This document shows, piece after piece, positions 27,801-38,443 of a stretch of 64,000 nucleotides of DNA; positions within the stretch are counted from its first letter, which is position 1; the number at the start of each line of letters is the position of its first letter. The notes below the pieces were generated by a model. That model made no database searches. It was not told where the DNA came from and was given only the letters and a program-made list of their open reading frames with translations. This DNA is from Auanema rhodensis (taxonomy: Eukaryota > Animalia > Nematoda): NCBI GenBank assembly GCA_964057225.1, contig OZ059896.1, positions 13,764,001 to 13,828,000 of the forward strand, given 5' to 3'. The position numbers were made by a program, and so were the translations under genes.

Positions 27801-30244
27801 ACATCTTTTAATGTATTAGGTGATTTAATCTCAGTATTATTCAAATCTTTCATAATATCTTCTAATTTCTAAAGTTAATTATTAAATTTTTAAATAAAAT
27901 TTATTTTTAAACTTCAGCCATACTATCATTCACATCTCCTAAATCTTTTGTTACTGTTTTCATAAAATCATCTTTTGCTTTGTTATCCTATAATCAAAAT
28001 CAAAATGAAGTTGAGACACTTTCAATAAAAAAAATACATTTGAAGATGAAGAGAGAGCATTTTCAATAAGATCCAGAACTTTGTCTCGCTGAAATGTTCA
28101 AACTCCTTTTAGTTTGAATTTTTTTTTCAAAACTTACGTTTATATTTCCATCTGGATCTGTTGATCCAGTTAATGGATTTTTAACATTTACAGAAGACTT
28201 TAAATCTGAAATCTTTTTTTTCATTTCATCAATATCATCATCCACTTCTGTTCTCGTTTGCCTAGTTGTAGTTCGCTTGGCTGGGATAGTCGTTGTTACT
28301 GGTGTTGATGTTTTTGTTGTTTTTGTTGCCGACGATGTAAAAGGATTTGTTGAAGTTGTGCTCAGTATAGTAGATGTTGATGCAATTGTTGTAGTAGGAT
28401 TACTTGTTGAAATATCAGTAGTTGAACTTATGTATTTTTGAGTTGATGTAGAGCTTGTTGTTGAGGTGAGAGTTGACTTTGAAGTTACAGGTGGAGTTGA
28501 TTTGGATGTTGAAATAGTGGTGGAAGTTGAGGTTGGAGCTGAAGTTGTAGTTGAAGGTGAAATTAGAGTTGGAGTTTGAGTTGACGTTTGAGTTGAAGTT
28601 GAAGTTGTTATTGGAATTGAAGTTGAAGATGAAGTCGAAGTTAAAGTTGAAGTTAAAGGTGAAGTTGAAGTTGAAGTCGAAGTTAAAGTTGAAGTTAAAG
28701 GTGAAGTTGAAGTTGAAGTTGAAGTTGAAGTTGAAGTTGAAGTCGAAGTCGAAGTTGAGGTTGAAGTTGAAGCTGAAGTTAAAGATGAGGTAGAAGTTAG
28801 AGTTGGGGTTCGAGTTGACGTTTGAGCAGGAGTTGATGCTGTAATTGGAGTTATACTTGTTTTTAGAGTTGAAGTTGGAGTTAAAGATGAAGTGGAAGTA
28901 GAGGTTAAAGTAGAAGTAGAAGTGAGTGTTGATGTAGGTGTCGAAGTCGAAGTAGATGTAGAAGTGAGCGTTGATGTCAAAGTCGAAGTTGAAGTTGGAG
29001 GTGTAGATGTAGTTGTTGTTGGAGTTGTTGTTGAAGTTGTTGTTGGAGTAGAAGTTGGAGTTGTTGTTATAGTGGTTGTTGGAGTAGAAGTTGAAGATGA
29101 AGTGGATGTAGAGGTAGAAGGTTGAGTAGAAGTGGAAGTTGAAGAAGAAGTAGAAGTAGAAATAGAAGTAGAGGTAGAAGTAGAAGTAGAAGTAGAAGTA
29201 GAAGTAGAAGGAGAAGTAGAAGGAGAAGTTGAAGTTGAAGTCGAAGTAGAAGTTAGTGTGGATGTCGATAAAGACGTAGATGTAGAAGGGAGCGTTGATG
29301 TAGGCGTTGAAGAAGGTGTCTGAGTAGAAGTGGAAGTAGAAATAGAAGTTGAAATAGACGTCACTGTAGACGTGGTGGGAGTGGTAGATGTAGATGACAC
29401 TGTTGTTGTAGGAGTAGTAGTCGTAGTAGATGGAGTCGTTGTTGTCTAAAATTATGATAGTATGATAACTTCTAATCCATATAATATTCTTTTAAAAATT
29501 TAAAAGTTCACAGTCTAGTAGTTTAAAACTCGAGTATAATATTTCTTTATAAATTAATTTTTAAGTAGAAATAATAATATATTATATGAAAAATATAATA
29601 AAATATTACAGTAGTTGTAGTAGCAATAGGATCAGGTACTTTCATGAATCCACAAATCTTAAATATATTAGAATTATAAATATAAAATAATTAATAATTA
29701 CCTTTTCATTATTAACATCAGCACAAACTTTAAGAGATTTATCATATTTAGCATTAGAGCTTAAACCGTTGGGCATAGCTTTTCCATCAATCGACCATTT
29801 AACTTCATGTTTACATTCGGAATACTAAATGAATTTCAAGTTTTCAAAAGAAAATATTTATTTTTATGAATTATTTTACATTTTCAGATGTCACTTTGAC
29901 TACAATATTTTTAACTTTGGGTTTATCAATGATTGTAGGAGTATTTTCGTCATCTGATAACTGTGGAGTAATAGTGTATGTGGCATCATCACAATCCTAA
30001 ATAATAAAATACAACGTTTATTAGATTCTAATTTGTAATTTACAAATGCAAGGTATACATATACACAAGTTCCGTTAGAATTTGTTGTTACGTTTACTAA
30101 AATAATAATTATTATGAATGTTATTTGAAATCATTCCAACCTGAGGAAGCATAATGAGTCTGAAACATTATAATTTTTAATTTATAAATTATTTTTTGAA
30201 CTTACACAAAAAAAATATAAAATAGTTAAAAGCCGTATTTCCAT
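18815..30244 (-). CDS. lov-1: Polycystin-1-like receptor (LOV-1 type): signal peptide, Ser/Thr mucin stalk, GAIN/GPS, PLAT, 11-TM PKD channel region
   Basis: MEIRLLTILYFFC start; 445-aa S/T exon; GPS CESNHLTAF (~23270-23300); PLAT (RFLMTTQW..PLGNLTYLRLW..AWYCESV..FPVHNWL); TOP domain GTYKGGGY..WIDK..NTRAVVVEFSLYNAQVNYFSVVQLLLE; IKILRFNHRITVLADTL. Confidence 0.9.
25736..26453 (+). mobile_element. Internally deleted, non-autonomous Tc1/mariner element (mariner family, Hsmar1/cecropia-like transposase N-terminus) in a lov-1 intron
   Basis: Left end TA + TTAGGTTGGTCGGAAAGTAATGTCGTTTTT (TIR from 25738). Right end AAAAACGACATTACTTTCCGACCAACCAA + TA (to 26453). ORF from 25923 reads MLEKRELRAIFLYEFKLGRKA..QRWFKNFKEG..SLEDDDRF*RP..LVEADP..TTRSLAEDLGISHSTVLDHLRNIGKVKKL; the DD34D catalytic domain is absent. 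Confidence 0.95.
28400..29445 (-). repeat. Coding low-complexity tandem repeats (GAAGTT/GAAGTA hexamers on +) encoding the (TS)n mucin stalk of LOV-1
   Basis: Long runs of gaagtt/gaagta and a duplicated SPLTSTLTSTS unit near 28630-28720. These explain the spurious (KL)n and (VE)n ORFs on the + strand. Confidence 0.9.
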
Positions 30245-31131
30245 TGAAAGCATGAAGATACTTACTAACTAGTTTTCTATCATTTCATAGATGTCGCTAG
30301 TATGTTTTTTTACGGAATTCGTTGCTATGTATTGAAATTTCAGTTGCTATGATTAAAACTATAATGTTGCTATGAATATGTAATAATAATAATATATTTC
30401 CATATAGTAAATGAATCTTTCAATTTTTTTCAAACTATTCTCAATATTCACATAATATTATTTTATATACATATATGTATATACTTACGGTAGCTAGAAA
30501 TATCTATGTGCTTATATGTATGTGTTAATTTGAAAAAAACTAAGATAGTTAATATGATTGAAGTTTTATTTTGAAATACAACCGTTCTGTTCTTTATCGA
30601 TACAATAAATGATATTTCTACACTCATGTTTGCTATAAAGCAATAAATTAGCATAAAGTTCAATAATCGTTATCATTTATCAGCATTAGCATATTAGATG
30701 TTTTCCATATAAATATCCTAATTGATCGAATATTACAAAGAAAAACAAATGAAATTCTAGCTATATTTGAACTTAAATAGTTAAGTAATTATATATTTAA
30801 TCATAATTTTTGTATTACATATGTTATAACATTATTCATCATTTGGTTGTTATTATTATGATTTAATGGCATTTTATTTCAAGATATTGCAGACATAGCT
30901 TTGTTGAAATAACGAAATGTTTGAGAGAAATCAAAAGATGATATTGCAAGTTATATATTAGATATAATGATAATTCTGACGAGTTAACGACAATAGAGAG
31001 AAATAGCTGAGCACATCACATTAAGTGGGGTGTACTGATATGAGTAGACAACCAAATGTGAAAGACTCCCCCTTTTACTTAATGATAAGGTATCATCTAA
31101 AGCATCTTTCTTCTACCTTCTACATCACCTT

Positions 31132-32669
31132 ATGATATTTACCCGATATTTAATTTCATTGCTAGTAGTGGCAGGTATTTATCATTTTTTTAACAGAATT
31201 TATAGTTTTTAACCAAACTTTTTTTTTGAAATCTGTAGTCATTTTATTATTATAGGTCTTGCCATAGCAATACCTCTTAGAAAACATCATTCCCGTCATC
31301 ATGGAAAAAGCCGCAATTATCGGCAAGCTGCAAAATATGATGTTGTCTCTAGAACTTTAAATGATGGAACCAGACACGATACAATTCGTGAATACGGAGA
31401 TGAGTTACCTGCTCTTCCTGTACCAAGAGATTATGATATGGTGGATAAAAAGTTTCAATTATGAATTTTATAATTTATATTATATTGATAGACTTCAATG
31501 GAGGAAAATGACGGAAGTATTCTTGTACCTGTTGATAAAGATGGGAAAGTTTTACCAGGTTGTTAAGTTTGTTATCAACTTTTATTAATTAATCTAGTTT
31601 AGACTACATGCGTCGTATTCAACCCACTGTAGTTTTCATGACAATGGAGGATATTTTGCGTTTAAACGGTCTGATATCATAAATTCATTAAATTATGATG
31701 CATTAGCACAATTTACAGGAACAGGAAGAGCTGAACGTCCACCTCCACCCCCATTACACAACTCAGAAACGCCAGTTCCTCCTTTGCCACCTCTTCCTGT
31801 GCCAGAGAATATAGGTTTTACTTTAGTTGGAAATAATTGACAGTTGTATAAAATTTTTTAGATGATACACCTGATTATGTTGATTCTGATGTGCTTAAAT
31901 TACCTAAGACTATTGATTACACAAGCTCTAAAGAAACTGATCCGGACCTTCAAAAGGTATATTTACTCAACGTGCTTCCTTTCGAGTTAAAAATATAATC
32001 AGGCAACAGATTATGAAAGTCAGAAAGGTGAATCTGTTCAAGATGTTGTTGATGCTATTGAAGAGGCAAAGAAAGAGTTGTTAGAAGAAATCGAAGAAGA
32101 ACGTCTGTCAGAAAAAGAGAAAAAAGCCGAACAAAGCGCTGAAAGGCTTGAAGATGATTTAGCAGAGAAAATCAGACAAATTGAGCGTCAAGATGAGATT
32201 GAACGTAAAGAAGATATTGAAGAAGAAGAAAAAATTATTGAACAAGAGGAAAAAACGTTGATTGAAAAGGTTAAAGAGGAAATTGACGATGAAATCATCG
32301 ACGCGGAAGTTAAAAGGAAACAGCATGAAAAGCATGACCACAATGGTAATGTGCAAGTTGAAACTGCTACAGGAAACGGTAGTTCTTACTATGATATCAA
32401 TAACTAACAATAATATTAAAGATCGTTCTGAACCAAAAATTAACGGAGCAGCTCTATTTGAACCAAGACCAACCGAAATCGTAAAAACATTGCAGACAGA
32501 TGATTCAGAAGAAACGGATGAAACCGTCCGAGATCATTTGAAAAATAGTAATGGAAAAATCAAAGTTTTAACAAGTGGAAAAAGTTTGAAACCAAGTTCT
32601 TCGTGTTCCTTTAACATTATCACTACCCTACTTGTGACTTTATCAGTTTTATTCCATTTAAACCATTAA
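31132..32669 (+). CDS. Uncharacterised secreted, probably GPI-anchored protein (Pro-rich segment plus Glu/Lys-rich coiled coil)
   Basis: Signal peptide MIFTRYLISLLVVAGLAIA; spliced exons in frame; PPPPPLHNSETPVPPLPPLP; acidic coiled coil at 32000-32340; C-terminus SSSCSFNIITTLLVTLSVLFHLNH*. Confidence 0.75.
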
Positions 32670-33103
32670 TCTGCTTTGGATTTTTTCGTGTATAGCTGAT
32701 GCTCTTTCTCCAATTTCTTTCCGATTCTTTTTTTCCGTGTGGTGAATTTAACATTTCAATTTGTATGTAAACTTGAATATATTAGAAAAGAAAGATATAT
32801 ATGTATATAATGTTTTTTTAAATCAGAAATAGTTATCATATTAATAACTTCCTGCTTTTATAAGCCTTGAACCTCCGCTTTTACTACGTAATCAGTTTCT
32901 CATTCATATGATCATCTTGATCATTAAAACATAATTTACTTCATGATTGAATTAACTAAAACGAAATATATTTACTAGTAAAGAAAGGTTCTTACGGAAA
33001 CACTAATGCAGCCTCTATCGGAAATGGATATATCTTAAATCATTCTTCTTTGGTTATATATATTTGATATTTTCACTCATCTAATCATTTTCATCGCTTT
33101 ATC

Positions 33104-33975
33104 ATGGATAAGGAAGGTTTATATTCCACTTCTTATCTTCTTATTAAACTTTTCTTTTTAGAACTATTGAATAGAGAAATCTGTCGTCTTACTAAAGAAC
33201 ATCGACAACTTGTTCAGTATGGGTTTAATGAACTCAAACGATGTGCCACACCGAATGGTCTGGCTCTCTTTGTAAAGTAAATATATATATTTTTTTTATA
33301 TATTTAATCTATTTATATAGATTATTCTCTGAATATCCAGAATATAAGGATATTTGGCCTCAATTTCGTGCCATCCCGGATAGTTCTCTCTTGTCATCTG
33401 ATGTGCTGAAAAACCATGCCACAGTTTATATGCGAGGACTTCAGGTACATACATATTCCTATTTTTTTTTAAAATACAATAATTTGTTTTGAGTATATTG
33501 AAAAAAAGTTAATAATTGCAATATTTATAAGAAAAACAAATAATTCATCCGATTCTCTCATAACTACAACTAGAAATGTACGTCATTTTCACATAAAACA
33601 GTTTTGTTTTTAATATACAAATTGTAGTTTTTAAAATAAAAAGAACAACATAGTGAATTTATTTTGTGAATTTCATTTATATTTTCAGGAAATAGTTGAT
33701 TCAATCGATGACGATACAACATTACGTCAAAGTACACGCAAAATTGCTCTCAGTCATCTCAGATGGAAAATTTATAAACATCATATTCAGGTTTTGAAAT
33801 AATAATTTATTTTCTAATAAGACTCGAAATTACTCATTTATAGCACATGGTTCCCGAGCTTTTGGCTGTTCTGAGCCAAATTCGCAGTGGAAATGTGACA
33901 GAAGAAGAAAGAGATGCATGGAGAATTCTATATGATATAATTGGAAATCTTATTGAAATTCATAAGAAACGTTAA
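33104..33975 (+). CDS. Single-domain nematode globin
   Basis: LTKEHRQLVQ..NGLALFVKLFSEYPEYKDIWPQF..LKNHATVYMRGL (distal E7 His)..RKIALSHLRWKI (proximal F8 His)..VTEEERDAWRILY. Introns fall at B12.2-like and G7.0-like positions. Confidence 0.92.
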
Positions 33976-34173
33976 AATGACGTTGAAATGTAAATTCTTT
34001 TATTGCAAATATAAATTAACATTGTATTCAAAGCATAGAAGTAGTAAATTAACGTTAGAAAAATAAATTTTCAGCTAAAATTAGAATGTATTCGTGATGA
34101 AAGTGTTTGGAGAATAAGATCAGGAAGTATAGAAATCTTGAAATTGGTGTAATCAGCATTTATGAATTGTTTT

Positions 34174-34890
34174 TTAGCTTCGAGTTCCAAGTTCCAATTT
34201 GTTTAAGCTTTTCTCTGTATCACTCAAATTTGGATAAAGTGTATTACATGATGTTTCTCTTGGAGTATATGGTGGAGGACCTCCAAATTGAGGATTATGA
34301 GCTGGGGTGGATGGCGGAAATGATGAGGTTGCATAGATTGGTGGAACATTATAATCATTTGTTGGCAGGAAGTGTCCATTAACAACGCTTGTATTTGTTG
34401 GTATCGGAACATATGTCTAAAAACTTGTTTTGATTAATAAAAGAAGCTGGATCTTACCTGGGTTTGTACTAGATGACCGGGGGGAGGTGGTATATTTGGA
34501 TCTCGAGCACGATTTAAGAATCTATTACCATCCATAGATCCTAACAAATCTGAATTGATTTCATCCAAAGCATCATCGATCCGGGTAATAAACGATCCAC
34601 TGCTAGCGGAAGCTGTATAAAAGCTGTTTGGATAGTAGTGAACAGGAACAATGATAGTGTTCTGAAAAAGAATTAGTTTGTTTCAAAGAAATTGAGGAAG
34701 ATCGAACCTGAGTAGTAGTAGTAGTTAATGGTGGAGCTGATGGTGCAACTTCGTGTTGTTGGTATGGAAGAGCTGTGCTATTGTGCATACACTGAGCTTG
34801 AGGTTGAGGTAATACCACAGGTTGAGAAGCTTGACGAGGATAATTCACATGGCTGTATTGATAGGATGGCATTCCAGCTGCTTGGCCCAT
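34174..34890 (-). CDS. Small disordered Pro/Gln-rich protein (~210 aa) with N-terminal MG and PSAP, PPxY and LYPxL motifs
   Basis: Three phase-0 GT-AG exons join in frame: MGQAAG..EVAPSAPPLTTTTTQ | NTIIVP..DALDEINSDLL..PPPPGHLVQTQ | TYVPIP..VPPIY..GGPPPYTP..TLYPNLS..LELGTRS*. Confidence 0.75.
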
Positions 34891-35524
34891 GTTGGCGAGA
34901 AGTTTAGATTTATTTTTTTTCTGTCTGAACATTGGAATAACGAATTAAATGAATGTTATTTTAATTGCTTTCGAATATCGTATGAGAGTGTGTTTGTTTA
35001 AATTTCACAAAAAAAACAGAGAATGATAGAGAGATAGGTAGAGAGAAAAAAAGAAAAAGAATGAGAGAGAAAATGATTAGGAATAAGAGAACAAGTAAAT
35101 GACAAACATTGACAAAAGTTCGAATACTTAGTTAGCTTATATTGACAAAGTTACATTGTTTCTTAATAATATGAAACAGAAAAGAAACTTATGAGTATTG
35201 GGATAACAAAATTGGTTAGAGAAATGTGAAAAGCAAATCAATAGATTGAAACCTATTAATCTAAATTATTATAAAAGGATAACAGGTATTGGATTAATAA
35301 TTGAGATGAGAACTAATACATTAGATTGAGAATATTTAACTGTTAAGCTGTGAAATATATTTTTGAGAGAGATAGGTTCATAAACATTCGGTGAGAGACA
35401 TGTGTTAGAGTAATACTATAATGTGCTCAGTTGTCATGGTTCCAGCTCCGCCACGGTTTTTCTGTTATTCATATGATTTCATTTTCAATTTTTATCAAAA
35501 AAGCTTCATTTTTTGAAAATACAT

Positions 35525-36620
35525 TCATAAACGTTTTTTAATCTGTGGAGAGGGGCCCTGATACTCTTGGCCGATCATGTCGGCTATAACTGGAAGACGA
35601 TCACTACCGAAGAAATGCTCAATACCATGGTCTAAGTGAACGGCTATCCATGGAGCTCCAAAACACTGAAACTTGAAATTAACGACAAGCTAGCAACATA
35701 ATTTAATCAACTCCATAGCTCATGGCTTCGTCCGTCGTATCCGACAACTTTTTCTTTATTTCAGCAGATCCAGCATTAGCCATAATGATTTCCGGATTCG
35801 GAGCTTTAACTTCACGTAATACCTGTGGTTTCTGTTAAAATTCCAATAATCAGGTTAACAAATTGCCTGCATAATATCGTTTTCAGTAAATATGCCTGAA
35901 CCCTCATAGAAAAATCTTCTCCACAAGCCTCTTGCAACAGCAATTTCCAGTTCCTGGTTGTCATTGAGAGCAGCAAGAACGCGTTGGGCCTTTATGGCAC
36001 TTTTGCTCATAACAGTGTTCTTGAAGTCCTTCAAGAAACTTCTTGGCTATAGTATAAGATATATTGGAAAACCTGTGGAAACTTGAAAGGAATTTTAAAA
36101 TGATTCGCGCTTCTTGTAACATCAACTATGGTGTATTTTGCCTTTAGATCAATCAACATAGGAGCACCTGGGTTGTCTGAATAAAACAAGTAAATGATAC
36201 TTTCTATATTGAAGCATACTTTTCACAACAGCTGGAAAAAAGAAAGGGCGCAGACGTAAGTTAATTGGCCACACATTTTGATATCTTACCAAACCCTTAA
36301 AGCATTTTCAGTTAAATATCAGAAGAAAGTTATATTATCTCTGGAATTTGTTCATGTTTTAAGATATTTCCTTGTAATACTGCATTTGGTTGGTACAAGA
36401 ACCAACATTTTAATTTTTGAAAACCCTATTTTAAGACAATAGGTGTATTTGATAGAGGCGAAGGTTAACGGTGATAAGTATTCATTATCATGCGTTTGAT
36501 TATTATATTGTGACATCGGATAATACTAATTAGAAGACATAATCATACCTCGAATCCGATCCAACTATACGGACTTATGACATCATAAAATAAATCAATC
36601 GGTATCTTCTTCGAAGCCAT
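35525..36620 (-). CDS. gstk-2: Glutathione S-transferase kappa
   Basis: IDLFYDVISPYSWIGFE, LRLRPFF, CFGAPW, FFGSDRLPVIA; ends ..KKRL*. The family call is firm. The gstk-2 symbol is inferred from adjacency to afmd-1 (both on cosmid D2024 in C. elegans, from memory). Confidence 0.88.
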
Positions 36621-36856
36621 ATCTGGTTTCAACAAAAAATGAACACAATAAATCACATTCTGATAAGAGAGACAATAATCGATATTATTAACTAGAGAGC
36701 GCAGCACCAATAGCTATGGTATGTTGATCAGCAAGAGAAGTTGGGTTCCATAAACGGACTTTAACCGGGTATACTGTTTCCACCCATTTTGCACATCAAA
36801 AGGTATATATAGACTATTCCTTTCTTAGTTTGGTGTTCAGTGTATCTTCGGCCGTC

Positions 36857-38128
36857 ATGATCGATCAACATCTCAATTTTCTATATTCTCCATCGAATTA
36901 TGCTGTTGGCGAAGGAAAGTCAGATGAAGTAATTCCGTATTTGCATTTTAAAATAAACAAAAAACCTTTTACGTAGGTTTTGAATGCTTATATACAGAAG
37001 GAAATAGTAATGACAGCTAAAGTTGACAAGGAATTCTCACAGGAGGAGATTCGCTACGGAGATGGTTTGAAACATCCGAGATTTATCTTTTGAAGTAAAT
37101 TTCAGATGAGAATCAGGCTATCAACGTCTATGGAACGGTTAAAAACAAAATTTTTATAAATTTTCATGGAGGTTATTGGATAGTGAGTAATTTTTATTTT
37201 TAAGTTATAAGACATAATAAATGTAGGAAGGACATAGAAAATATGCTCTATCTGCTACTTATCCTTATTTGCAAGAAGGGTTTGCTATCGCAACTGTGGG
37301 ATACAAACTAGCTAATGACGGTTATGGATTAGAAAATACTATTAAGGATGTCATTAAAGCTACAGAGGTAAAATGAAAAAAAAAATTAATATCACAACTT
37401 TACTTCCAGACTGTTATCGAAAAATTCCCACAACTTCAGCATATCGCTATTGGGGGACATTCCGCTGGAGGTCATCTTGCATTAAAAGGTTTGTTTTCAA
37501 TTTTCAAAAATTTGGAAAACACACGAGTTCTGTATGATAGGTAGGTAGTATCCAAGCAATTAGTTGTTAGCGGTAAATTATTAAGAAAACGTGTGAAGAT
37601 CTCAAGCAAATGCTATTCGAGGGAATTCCATGTAAACAACATTCAAATTATTACGTTTCAGTTGTTGCTTCTCTTAAAAATCCTAAAATCAAAGATGTTC
37701 TTCTTTTTGCACCAATCTTGAAGTTAAAGGATCTGGTAAATACTGAGACAGGAGTGGCTATAGGGTACCAGATTAGATTCACGTCACACACAAATTAAAT
37801 TTTATAGATTAAAGGATGAAGAAACTGAGAAACTCAGTTGTCATGCAAAAGAGGTTGAAGGATTAAAGCTGCGTTTCCTCTGTTTGGTTGGTAATAACGA
37901 GTCTCCACCATTTAAGGAACAGTTATCTAACTTTGTGAAGGAATTAAAGGAGCTCTCTTACGAGACAGAACATCATGTGGGAATCCTCCAAATCAAACTT
38001 TAAAGCATTAGATAATATATTGAAATTTTCAGCTATTCCCCAACTCAAGTCATTTCTCTCTTGTAACGAACACAGGTACTGCTGGCACTGAGGAGAACAA
38101 GTTGGTGCGCCAATTTGCAAGTAAATAA
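36857..38128 (+). CDS. afmd-1: Kynurenine formamidase (arylformamidase), alpha/beta hydrolase
   Basis: LYSPSNY, FINFHGGYW (oxyanion hole), IGGHSAGGHL (nucleophile elbow), NESPPFKEQ, SHF catalytic His. Divergent from GST-kappa. Confidence 0.9.
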
Positions 38129-38443
38129 GACATACTACTTTTAAAAAATGACTAAAACTAAGAAGATGTTGTTCATTGTTTACTTCCACACTAAGAATAA
38201 TTATTATCAGCTGAACAGTTACATGAGAAGAACATGCACAAAAGGTAACATGCGAAAACAGTCGCAAATCTTCGGAAATATTAGAAGCTAGGAAGAGCTA
38301 GTATATAAGGTGCCTATATATACAAAATCACATTGAACCCGAATCAATCAGAGTAGAGTAGGTATGGAAGTGTTACTTCAAGATACAAAATTACATACAT
38401 CGTATAACAGCATTTGCATATAGCTCTTAACATGAAATGATAC

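Noticed and set aside
28551-29323. (KL)n and (VE)n ORFs on the + strand
   Set aside because: Antisense readings of the LOV-1 Thr/Ser repeat exon.
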